Below, in pieces: positions 24,849 to 32,000 of a DNA stretch of 32,000 bases. Source of the DNA: Thermoproteus tenax Kra 1 (lineage in GTDB: Archaea; Thermoproteota; Thermoprotei; Thermoproteales; Thermoproteaceae); the NCBI RefSeq assembly GCF_000253055.1, contig NC_016070.1:600001-632000 (forward strand). Direction: 5' to 3'. Positions within the stretch are counted from its first letter, which is position 1; the number at the start of each line of letters is the position of its first letter. The notes under the pieces were generated by a model. It saw only the letters and a program-made list of their open reading frames with translations. It searched no databases and was not told the origin of the DNA. Position numbers and translations under genes: made by a program.

Positions 24849-25370
24849 GTGGACGAATACTTAAGGGGCATAATACAGATACCCATAGAGAGGAAATATC
24901 TGGAGAACGCGCGCGTGTGGGCGCGTGTCGTCTCTCAAAGATATAATGCCGACGTACAAATCGATGATGCCGCCTCCTATATAATAATCCGTCCTCGCGC
25001 CGGGGTCTCAGTGGATGAGATTCTAAGGCTACAGGATATGGCCCGCGCTCTGTCGTTCGGGTTTTCTCCGGAGGATGTAATGAGGCTCGAGGGCGAGGAC
25101 TATAGGCTTGATTATGTCGACGTCAAGGAGCACGTGGGGCGCCAACACCTACACAGAGTTCTAGCCAGAGTTATAGGAGAGGGCGGGCGCGCCAAGTCCA
25201 CTATAGAGGCCTTAACAGGGACCAAGATCGCTGTGACAGACAGGTATGTGGCGATACTAGGGCCTCTCAACGCAGTATCTGTAGCCAAGGAGGCCATCAT
25301 GATGCTCATAGAGGGGAAGAAACACGGTACTGTCTATCGTTATATCCAACGCTCTATTCGCAGTTATTGA
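24849..25370 (+). CDS. KH-domain RNA-binding protein (archaeal Dim2/Pno1-like)
   Basis: KH GxxG motif VIGEGGRAKSTIEALTG. The start is uncertain: TTG 24810, ATG 24828 or GTG 24849. The TTTATAT box at 23 to 29 of 248xx (24823-24829) sits 26 nt before GTG 24849 and overlaps ATG 24828, which favours the GTG. Confidence 0.8.
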   Translation: MDEYLRGIIQIPIERKYLENARVWARVVSQRYNADVQIDDAASYIIIRPRAGVSVDEILRLQDMARALSFGFSPEDVMRLEGEDYRLDYVDVKEHVGRQHLHRVLARVIGEGGRAKSTIEALTGTKIAVTDRYVAILGPLNAVSVAKEAIMMLIEGKKHGTVYRYIQRSIRSY

Positions 25371-26029
25371 GTCGCCCTCTCGACCTCCGCCTCCTTCTGC
25401 ACCTCTGCTATACCTTCAGTCTTGGGATAGGCCAGAACCTTTATCTTGGCCACCTCGACCTTCCTCATAGGATATATCTTTTTGGCTGCCAAGAAGAGGT
25501 CTGCCGCAAATGCGCCCTGCAGAACCTCCTTCAATAAAGCATCTATATCAAGCGAGGGCACCTTCTGCGCCACCACCGACGAGAAGGCCTTTCTTATCGC
25601 CGATTTTCTACTAGCGCTTGTTTTAAATGCAGTAATGCCCAATATAGTGAACCTCAGCCTCCAACCGTCCCTAGTCGCCACATCGATGTGTGCCACCACC
25701 TTGCTTGTGCCCTTCCTTATCAGCGACCTGAGATAATCTCTAGATAGCTCAAGACCCTTGAACCTAGTATAAGCGTTGCTCCCATCCACCCGGTTTATCT
25801 GGAGCTTTATCTTGATCGGAAGGTGCGAGATGTCCTTAGTTAGATCGAAGAAGGAGATCTCGAGGGTCCTCGCCAGAAGCTTCGAGGCCTCTGAAGCGGG
25901 GACCTCGGCCACGGCGGCTCCCCCCAAATATGAGGGCGTGTACACGGTGTACCACCTCTTCGTTGCCCATACGTCCTTCTTTGAGATCACTACCTTCTCC
26001 TGTTGCGTCGCCTGTTGCCGCTCGGCCAC
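25364..26029 (-). CDS. rps3ae: 30S ribosomal protein S3Ae (eS1)
   Basis: 221-aa ORF with the characteristic KKDVWATKRWYTVYTPSYLGG N-terminal region. Confidence 0.95.
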   Translation of the reverse strand: MAERQQATQQEKVVISKKDVWATKRWYTVYTPSYLGGAAVAEVPASEASKLLARTLEISFFDLTKDISHLPIKIKLQINRVDGSNAYTRFKGLELSRDYLRSLIRKGTSKVVAHIDVATRDGWRLRFTILGITAFKTSASRKSAIRKAFSSVVAQKVPSLDIDALLKEVLQGAFAADLFLAAKKIYPMRKVEVAKIKVLAYPKTEGIAEVQKEAEVERATQ

Positions 26030-26049
26030 GAGCCCTCACGGATGTAGGG

Positions 26050-26057
26050 TATAAATA
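26050..26057 (-). promoter_or_regulatory. TATA-like box for rps3ae
   Basis: TATTTATA on the minus strand lies 21-28 nt upstream of the ATG at 26029. Confidence 0.45.
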
Positions 26058-26085
26058 CATTGGCCCTCCGGAGGGGCCGGGCACG

Positions 26086-26331
26086 TTAGAGCGACCGAGC
26101 CACTTCCCCGACTACCTTCAGAGACCTTAATATTTCGTCCAATGTATTCTTCAACGTCATCACATCATCGTGGACTATGGTCACGATGTATCGGCCGTCG
26201 CGGCACTGATGTCTTATCTCGAGACCCTCGGGCGCGTCCACATCGTCAGGCGCAAGCGCTAGAGAGATGTCACAAGGCAAGTCCGTCTCTACCTCGACTA
26301 CTATTTTATTAGCTCCAACAGATCCGGCCAT
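26086..26331 (-). CDS. pcc1: KEOPS complex subunit Pcc1-like
   Basis: Small ORF (ATG 26331 preferred over 26364) with a Pcc1-like pattern: beta-strands VVEVETDL / YIVTIVHDD, then the helix TLKNTLDEILRSLKVVGEV. Lies in the conserved neighbourhood with ribosomal protein genes. Confidence 0.65.
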   Translation of the reverse strand: MAGSVGANKIVVEVETDLPCDISLALAPDDVDAPEGLEIRHQCRDGRYIVTIVHDDVMTLKNTLDEILRSLKVVGEVARSL

Positions 26332-27338
26332 TTGTCCCTGGGAAGATATATTAGGAACCCCCAACTGTAGGCGGTTGTCTGACCGAGGCTTTTCGCCTTC
26401 TCTAACAATGTCTGAACCTTCTGCCGCTCCTTGTAAGGAAAGACTACCGATGCGGCGAAACCTCTTCCTACGTCGGCCCTCAACACGACAACGCCCTTTA
26501 TCTTTGTGGAGTAGGCGAGATAGCCTCCCAACTTAATAGCGTAAAATACATTATTAGTTTGAATAATATTATTTTTTTGCTGTTCAAGTAATTCTACTAT
26601 ATATTTTATATGATTTTTAATATCATCTATTGCATTGGCTACTATAAGTTCTATTTCTTGTGCCCTAGTCGCTATATCTACTTCGGGCGGAACATACCTA
26701 ATGGCTTTATCGGCTATCGCGGGCATGAAACCGGCGTCATATACAGCGCCCAAGACTTCGTCGAGTATATCTAGGATTCTCTCTCCGACCTCCTCCAGAG
26801 TTTTGCTCTCCTTTATGCCTCTGCCTATAACGCCTGGGAGTATAGGCAAGGTGGAATTGGCCAGAGCCTCGCCCAACGGTTTGTTTGAAAACGGAAGGGA
26901 GAACTTCCGTACTGCTCCTATTTCTGAGATTATGTCCATAGGCTCTTCACATCTAATATCACAATTGTCTACTAGCCAACTATAAATACCAATATATAAT
27001 TTTAGTGCTTCATTTTTATCTATTGATGAAATAGATTTTGCCAACTTGAACGTCAGATAGCTCAACGGAGTTGGCGATGGGAGCTCCAGCGTGGCATCGT
27101 CGATACCAACTTCGTTCTCATGTAGATATAGGCCGTTGCACTTAAAGCCTATACATATACCGGACTCCGGAGGCCAGTCCAATATCTTGACCTGCGCCGT
27201 ATTTCCGAACTTTTCGGCAAGATAATATCCTGCCACATAGGCATCGACCGTCCTTTTTACGTAAATAGTTATAATATCCTGATCGAAATATTCAAGAATT
27301 TTATTTATATTATCAAGTATAAATTTTTCTAATTCCAC
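26301..27338 (-). CDS. Inactivated RecJ/Cdc45-like (DHH-fold) protein, candidate CMG component
   Basis: 345-aa ORF immediately downstream of rps15. Size and position match the crenarchaeal RecJ-like/Cdc45 homologue, which is typically linked to rps15. The DHH catalytic motifs are not evident (N-terminal ...TIYVKRTVDAYVAGYY...). The functional call is an inference. Confidence 0.6.
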   Translation of the reverse strand: MELEKFILDNINKILEYFDQDIITIYVKRTVDAYVAGYYLAEKFGNTAQVKILDWPPESGICIGFKCNGLYLHENEVGIDDATLELPSPTPLSYLTFKLAKSISSIDKNEALKLYIGIYSWLVDNCDIRCEEPMDIISEIGAVRKFSLPFSNKPLGEALANSTLPILPGVIGRGIKESKTLEEVGERILDILDEVLGAVYDAGFMPAIADKAIRYVPPEVDIATRAQEIELIVANAIDDIKNHIKYIVELLEQQKNNIIQTNNVFYAIKLGGYLAYSTKIKGVVVLRADVGRGFAASVVFPYKERQKVQTLLEKAKSLGQTTAYSWGFLIYLPRDKWPDLLELIK

Positions 27339-27339
27339 A

Positions 27340-27795
27340 TTATGTTGCTAAGTGTGACAGTTTCTCCGGAGAATAGACGAAATCGGACGGCAGTTTGCCG
27401 ATCCTCTTATAGTACTTCACAAGCCTGTGTATCTTAGACTCCACTAGCTGAAGCCCGCGCCTGGAGCCCATGTCCTTCGGATGCTCCTCCAGATGTCTCC
27501 TTATCCTAAGCGCTTTTTTAATCAAATTGAGAAGATCCTCGGGGATCTCCATCCTCATGCCGTGCTCCTCCAGTATCTTCGTGATCTTCTTGCCTGTGAT
27601 AACCTTCACCAATGGGACTCCGTACTGATCTCTAAGAACAACGCCTATCTGAGATGGGGGAAATCCCCTTCTGTATAACTCAAGCACTAGCTGTTCTACC
27701 TCCTCTGGCGTGTATTGTATCCAGCTGGGCGCGGTCGCATGGGGCGGTCTTGTCGAGGAGGATCTCCCTCTCTTGTGTCTGCTCCGGTGAGGCAC
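27340..27795 (-). CDS. rps15: 30S ribosomal protein S15 (uS15, S13e type)
   Basis: 151-aa ORF with a basic N-terminus [14 protein letters not shown] and the conserved S15 C-terminal helices ([29 protein letters not shown]). Confidence 0.95.
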   Translation of the reverse strand: MPHRSRHKRGRSSSTRPPHATAPSWIQYTPEEVEQLVLELYRRGFPPSQIGVVLRDQYGVPLVKVITGKKITKILEEHGMRMEIPEDLLNLIKKALRIRRHLEEHPKDMGSRRGLQLVESKIHRLVKYYKRIGKLPSDFVYSPEKLSHLAT

Positions 27796-27815
27796 GAGAC
27801 CTCAAAATGTCAGAG

Positions 27816-27823
27816 TTAAAAAG
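27816..27823. promoter_or_regulatory. Shared AT box between divergent rps15 (27795) and the methyltransferase gene (27843)
   Basis: TTAAAAA/TTTTTAA lies 21 nt from the rps15 ATG and 20 nt from ATG 27843. Confidence 0.4.
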
Positions 27824-27842
27824 CTTAAGCTTGTCGAAGGCG

Positions 27843-28577
27843 ATGGAATCTCCCAGCTATCCGTGGGACCTTCCTCTTGTAAATTTATATGGAGATGTAG
27901 TCCTGACCTTTATGTACTACGATGTCCCGTTCGTGCCAACGCCGGAGGTCGTCGTCAGACGGATGCTTCAACTGGCCCGGGTGAGACCCGGCGAGGTGTT
28001 GTACGACCTGGGTAGCGGTGACGGGCGTATAGTCATAATGGCCGCCAAGGAGTTTGGCGCATACGCGAGAGGGATAGAGATCAGAAAGGATCTTTATGAG
28101 CAGAGCATGGCGAGGATAAGAGACTTGGGGTTGGAGGGAAGGGCTGTGATTCTGAACACCAATTTCTTTGACGCCGATATCTCAGATGCCGACGTGGTCA
28201 CTATGTACTTGCTCACGTCGGTCAACGAGAGGCTGAAACCTAAGTTGGAGAAAGAATTGAGACCCGGCACGAGGATAGTTAGCCACGACTTCGAGGTGTC
28301 GGGCTGGAGACCGTTAGTAGTCGAGGAGATATATGAAGAGTGGCGTTCACACAAGATCTATCTCTACAAGATACCGGGCAAAGAGGTGCCGGTGCCCTCA
28401 AGCAGGGCAGGTAAAGTAGACGACCCATTGGCCGAGAGAGTTATGGCGTTGGTTGACGGCAATAACTCCATAGAGGACATAGCATCGAAACTCAATATGA
28501 CCCCAAGAGAGGTGAGGAACGTTGTGAACAAACTGATGGGCGCAGGTCTCGTCGAAGAGATAAGAATAATCAGATGA
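27843..28577 (+). CDS. Class I SAM-dependent methyltransferase, candidate crenarchaeal protein lysine methyltransferase (aKMT-like), with C-terminal wHTH extension
   Basis: The ORF track starts at 27654, inside rps15. ATG 27807 or 27843 is plausible, and 27843 fits the AT box. Motifs VPFVPTP, YDLGSGDGRIV, VVTMYLL and LKPGTRIVSHDF, then a C-terminal ~60 aa IEDIASKLNMTPREVRNVVNKLMGAGLV (HTH-like). Confidence 0.8.
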   Translation: MESPSYPWDLPLVNLYGDVVLTFMYYDVPFVPTPEVVVRRMLQLARVRPGEVLYDLGSGDGRIVIMAAKEFGAYARGIEIRKDLYEQSMARIRDLGLEGRAVILNTNFFDADISDADVVTMYLLTSVNERLKPKLEKELRPGTRIVSHDFEVSGWRPLVVEEIYEEWRSHKIYLYKIPGKEVPVPSSRAGKVDDPLAERVMALVDGNNSIEDIASKLNMTPREVRNVVNKLMGAGLVEEIRIIR

Positions 28578-29458
28578 GGGAGCTCATCGAGGTCTATAGA
28601 AAGATAGGGGGGTTTCAAGCTCTCCACGTCGCTCAGGCAGCCGATGTACTTAAAGAGGCCCTTGAGAGGGCGGATCTCCGTTTTTTCTCCTTCACAGCAA
28701 ACTTAGTGGCGACAGGCCTAAGGGAGTTCATCGCTGAGGCTGTCAGGAGGAGGCTCTTCAACGTGATAATAACGACGGCCGGCGCCTTAGATCACGATAT
28801 TGCGAAGGCCGAGGGCGCCTCCTATGTTCCCGCCTCCTTCGACCTAGACGATGTGGACTTGGCAGACAAGGGATACCACAGGCTTGGCAACCTCGTAATA
28901 AGAAGGGAGGAATATGGGCCTTATGTAGAGCGCTTCGTCTTCAGAGCTCTCGACTCGCTCAACAGAGACAGAGTTGCCACCTTTGAGCTCGCGCAACACT
29001 TCGGCGAAATGATGCCCGAGAGCTCAATTTTGGGGGCAGCCGCTAGAGCCGGCGTCAAGGTGTTCGTGCCTGGCATAGTCGATGGCGCCGTAGGAACCGC
29101 CTTATTGACCTATAACGATGCCCAGAGGGTTAAGAGGGGCGGCAAGCCTGTGACAATAGATATCTTGAAGGACGAGGAGGAGCTGAGGGAGCTTGTCTAC
29201 AATGCCAGATCGTCAGCGGCTCTGATAGTCGGAGGCGGTATCTCAAAACATCACGTCATCTGGTGGGCCCAGTTCAAGGGCGGTTTAGACTATGTAGTAT
29301 ACATAACAACCGCCACCGAGTACGATGGCTCTCTCAGCGGCGCGAGACCTCGCGAGGCTATCACGTGGGGAAAGGTGAAAAGGGGCGCAAAGGCGGTTCA
29401 CATAATGGCAGATGCCACCTTGGTCTTGCCCATACTTCTCCAGTATCTGTGGTCATAG
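28574..29458 (+). CDS. dys: Deoxyhypusine synthase
   Basis: 294-aa ORF with an ATGA overlap with the upstream gene. DHS-type NAD-binding segments ITTAGALDHDI, VPGIVDGAVG and GGGISKHH. Confidence 0.95.
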   Translation: MRELIEVYRKIGGFQALHVAQAADVLKEALERADLRFFSFTANLVATGLREFIAEAVRRRLFNVIITTAGALDHDIAKAEGASYVPASFDLDDVDLADKGYHRLGNLVIRREEYGPYVERFVFRALDSLNRDRVATFELAQHFGEMMPESSILGAAARAGVKVFVPGIVDGAVGTALLTYNDAQRVKRGGKPVTIDILKDEEELRELVYNARSSAALIVGGGISKHHVIWWAQFKGGLDYVVYITTATEYDGSLSGARPREAITWGKVKRGAKAVHIMADATLVLPILLQYLWS

Positions 29459-29479
29459 CGAAACTAACTTAAACACAAG

Positions 29480-30427
29480 ATGAAGGCGTCCCTTGTGTCC
29501 CCAATAGTGGCTCTCATAGTCTCCTTCGTGGCCGGCGTCGCAGTAGGCCCCCTATGGATAGCCTATCAGAGACGGAGAGGCATAACCTCGGTAGATGTAT
29601 TTAAGAACCGGCGCGATGTGCCTAAGGCGGGAGGCCTCATCGCCATGGTGGCAGGCCTCATTGGTCTGTGGATCTTAGCGTCCGGCGATGGACGGCTCTA
29701 CTACGCCCTAGTTGTGGCCGCGATAATAGGCGCTGTGGGCTTGTTGGATGACCTATACGATATCAACGAGGGAGTGCGGGTGGCTGTGCCCCTCCTGGCT
29801 GCTGCATTCCTCTACGCGACAGTTAAACTTCGTATGACATTGCCCTTCATGGGCACGTTCTACAGCCCCTCTTGGCTCGCTGTGCTATCAATACCTGTGA
29901 TGACAAACGCGTTCAATATGTTGGACCCCGTGAACGGGTTCCTCCCACTGTCTAATGCCATCATCGGCTCCTCTCTTGCCCTCAGCGCTTTCCTGGCAGG
30001 CAACTACGAGGCCATGTACGCCTTTCTAGTCCACACGGCGGCCTCGCTCTCGCTCTTCGTGTACAACAAGTATCCAGCTAAGACCTTCAACGGCAACGTG
30101 GGTAGCTACTTCTTAGGCGGAGAGATCGCAGTGCTCGCAGCCGTCTACGACATGGTGCCTCAGTTGGTCTTTGCGTCGATGCCGTATATTGTGAACGGCA
30201 TCTTGATAATATTCTCAGCAAGAGGCATAAGAGGCCGGAGCAGGATAGATAGGCCGACGGTCTTAAAAAATGGAACAGTGGAACAGAATTGCGATTCCAA
30301 GATACTCAGTTTAGTGAGACTCATAGTGAGCGAGGACCCTTTGGATGAATACGGCATATTTAAGCGACTGACATTCTTAGTAGCTCTATCGTCGCTCTTA
30401 TCCATAGCGATTAGCATGACGATATGA
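29480..30427 (+). CDS. GT4-family polyprenyl-phosphate GlcNAc-1-phosphate transferase (MraY/WecA/AglH-like)
   Basis: 315-aa polytopic ORF with GLLDDLYDI, NAFNMLDPVNG and the NKYPAKTFNGNVGSY region typical of the MraY/GPT superfamily. Confidence 0.85.
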   Translation: MKASLVSPIVALIVSFVAGVAVGPLWIAYQRRRGITSVDVFKNRRDVPKAGGLIAMVAGLIGLWILASGDGRLYYALVVAAIIGAVGLLDDLYDINEGVRVAVPLLAAAFLYATVKLRMTLPFMGTFYSPSWLAVLSIPVMTNAFNMLDPVNGFLPLSNAIIGSSLALSAFLAGNYEAMYAFLVHTAASLSLFVYNKYPAKTFNGNVGSYFLGGEIAVLAAVYDMVPQLVFASMPYIVNGILIIFSARGIRGRSRIDRPTVLKNGTVEQNCDSKILSLVRLIVSEDPLDEYGIFKRLTFLVALSSLLSIAISMTI

Positions 30428-30642
30428 AGAGAGCTTTGGCCGTAGTGCTCTTCTCGTGGGCCTTGCTCTTGTTCTACTTATACATAGGCGCCCTCCTTTT
30501 GAACTATCTTAGAATTCGCCTTGTGTCCTATATAAGCGTAGGCGACATTGTCGCAGTAGGTCTAATGTTGCTCTATGGATATGGAGTATACTATGTCGGA
30601 AAAGAGACAGCCCAGAGCTCGTGTAAGCCTAAAGGACGTTGA
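30424..30642 (+). CDS. Small membrane protein (two TM helices)
   Basis: 72-aa ORF with an ATGA overlap with the GT4 gene and two hydrophobic helices. Confidence 0.5.
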   Translation: MKRALAVVLFSWALLLFYLYIGALLLNYLRIRLVSYISVGDIVAVGLMLLYGYGVYYVGKETAQSSCKPKGR

Positions 30643-30760
30643 GATATTGGCGTCTATCCTCTCCGGTGGCGGCGAGGAGTTTCACAATAGGATACTCGCG
30701 ATAGAGAGAGAAGTTAGAAAATTAGAGTTATTAGTTAATCAAATGCTTGATCAGACGTGA
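30593..30760 (+). CDS. Small helical protein translationally coupled to the GTPase gene
   Basis: ORF with ATG 30575 or 30593 (or TTG 30647). Ends in a GTGA overlap with the GTPase start. Has a heptad-like C-terminus AIEREVRKLELLVNQML. Its 5' part overlaps the preceding small ORF in another frame. Confidence 0.45.
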   Translation: MSEKRQPRARVSLKDVEILASILSGGGEEFHNRILAIEREVRKLELLVNQMLDQT

Positions 30761-31242
30761 AGAAGGTAGTATGGGCAGTCCTTGGCGTAGGCGGCGTGGG
30801 CAAGACCACGTACATATACAGACTGCTCGGTCTCTCACTTAAACCGAGAATAACTCTGAGACCCGGCGTATATAGATACTACTACGGCGACTATGAGATG
30901 GATGTGATAGATGTGCCAGGGCAGTTGGCCAGAGAGGTCGCCTTAAATTTCAGCAGGACTTGGTCCTTTTACGTAGATCTCATGGTCTATATGTATGACG
31001 TAACGGATCCAGCGTCTTTGAGGGCCGTGGCTGAGATACACAGCGCCCTATTGGATGCAGGCTTGAAACCGTTCAGAAAGGCGGTCCTAGTGGGAAACAA
31101 GCGAGATCTGGCCGAGGAGATAGGCACTATGATAGAGGGGGATGAGATGGCCAAGGCGGTCGGCGCCTCTAGGATATACTATGTGTCGGCGCTGAAGGAT
31201 CCGCCAAACGAGTTAATAAAGCCGGTTATCGAAAATCTGTAA
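30757..31242 (+). CDS. Small Ras-superfamily-like GTPase
   Basis: 161-aa ORF with a GTG start and G1 GVGGVGKT, G3 DVPGQ, G4 GNKRD and G5 SAL motifs at Ras-like spacing. Confidence 0.85.
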   Translation: MKKVVWAVLGVGGVGKTTYIYRLLGLSLKPRITLRPGVYRYYYGDYEMDVIDVPGQLAREVALNFSRTWSFYVDLMVYMYDVTDPASLRAVAEIHSALLDAGLKPFRKAVLVGNKRDLAEEIGTMIEGDEMAKAVGASRIYYVSALKDPPNELIKPVIENL

Positions 31243-32000
31243 TACATACACTTTCGTCGTTCTCGACGATCTGACCTCCGTACTTAGTGGATAGCTCCTC
31301 ACATGTGGGGGGCTGCTCCAGTCCCACAGCCTTGCTCATTAGTGTGGCTAATTCGCCGAGAACTCCTTTAACATAAATATAAATTATTTCTCTTGATATA
31401 TTCCTTAAAGATTCAATATTAGATAATCTATGACAAACTATAGCTGTATCGAATTTACCATACTTTGACTGTAATAGTGATAGATCTGTCGTAGGCTCAA
31501 CCGCTATGAAGGCGGCAGGCGCTAAATATGACGTGAGGGGGGCGCTGAAGATGGGCAACAGCGAGAGCCTTTCGCTTTCAACGTCTAGGACATCTTGAAA
31601 GTCGTCGCTTATGACAAGATCTCTTCCTGCTTGTGCCGATAGCTCCGATGAGAAACCACACGGCAGAAAGCCGTATACCAAGGTCAGTCCTCCCCAGGGC
31701 AGAATCTCAGACGCTACTCTGATCCTAACCTCTTGAAACAGATAGGTAAAAGAGTGCAGAAGAGTTGTATTTAGTTCAAAGGAATTACCGAGTAGATATG
31801 GAACAATTATATTATCTATCACATTGGCCACTATAGGATCTCCTCTGTCTGGCGGTAATTTACCCGTCCTCATATATATATCTCCTCTTTTAATAAAATA
31901 TCCAAGTTCTAGTAATATTTTATAAAGGGGTTCCAGTCTTTCATCGGGCCTAATTGCAGCGTTCATTATCGCCAGTCTGGCGAAGTTGCTCGCCAAGATG
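31226..32000 (-). CDS. Hypothetical protein, paralogue of 15258-16229 (probably 5'-truncated by the window edge)
   Basis: The frame is open to the window end, and the track start at 31996 is a TTG. It shares the local segment LYKILLELGYFIKRGDIYMRTGKLPP with LYLSLLENGYIDREGRIIRRIKEPKPP of the other gene. Confidence 0.6.
   Translation of the reverse strand, partial: ILASNFARLAIMNAAIRPDERLEPLYKILLELGYFIKRGDIYMRTGKLPPDRGDPIVANVIDNIIVPYLLGNSFELNTTLLHSFTYLFQEVRIRVASEILPWGGLTLVYGFLPCGFSSELSAQAGRDLVISDDFQDVLDVESERLSLLPIFSAPLTSYLAPAAFIAVEPTTDLSLLQSKYGKFDTAIVCHRLSNIESLRNISREIIYIYVKGVLGELATLMSKAVGLEQPPTCEELSTKYGGQIVENDESVCITDFR

Noticed and set aside
1-32000. CRISPR arrays, transposases/IS elements, integrases, toxin-antitoxin pairs or known defence systems
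   Set aside because: I saw no regularly spaced direct repeats, no DDE/tyrosine/serine recombinase-like ORFs, and no recognisable nuclease-helicase or HEPN/PIN pairs. The only PLD-like protein is predicted to be exported.

Overview
This 32-kb window looks like chromosome from a hyperthermophilic crenarchaeon of Thermoproteales type (Pyrobaculum/Thermoproteus-like). About 45 genes are tightly packed on both strands. Many junctions share start and stop codons: ATGA at 14413, 16226, 17105, 18678, 28574 and 30424; GTGA at 30757; TAATG at 19140; TGATG at 6755. AT-rich TATA-like boxes sit about 20-28 nt upstream of start codons, which suggests leaderless transcripts, and GTG/TTG starts are frequent. 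There is one tRNA-Cys(GCA) carrying a 17-nt intron at a non-canonical position. Gene content is mostly housekeeping. Translation and ribosome biogenesis genes include ABCE1, Rio1 kinase, a KH/Dim2-like protein, S3Ae, S15, Pcc1, deoxyhypusine synthase, Taw3 and a YbaK-type deacylase. Cofactor and quinone genes include a divergent UbiD/UbiA pair, CbiB and a UbiE/MenG-like methyltransferase. Metabolic and envelope genes include indolepyruvate:ferredoxin oxidoreductase IorAB, a Dpm1-like GT2 and a GT4 GlcNAc-1-P transferase. Several lineage-specific hypothetical genes are also present. I see no CRISPR array, transposase, integrase or recognisable defence system. The features most worth a second look are: (1) a GC-rich, highly structured ~220-nt spacer between iorB and rio1 (23634-23857) with an RNase P CR-I-like motif and K-turn-like boxes; (2) an operon coupling the N-glycosylation-initiating GT4 enzyme to a two-TM peptide, a small helical protein and a minimal Ras-like GTPase (29480-31242); (3) an aKMT-like lysine methyltransferase with an extra C-terminal wHTH, translationally coupled to deoxyhypusine synthase; (4) a truncated RPB9/TFS-like zinc-ribbon protein; (5) two paralogous wHTH plus methyltransferase-like genes and an AT-rich-flanked operon of unknown function (15258-17785); (6) a ~77% G+C segment at the left edge that I cannot assign. 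All functional calls come from motif recognition by eye. No database search was run.
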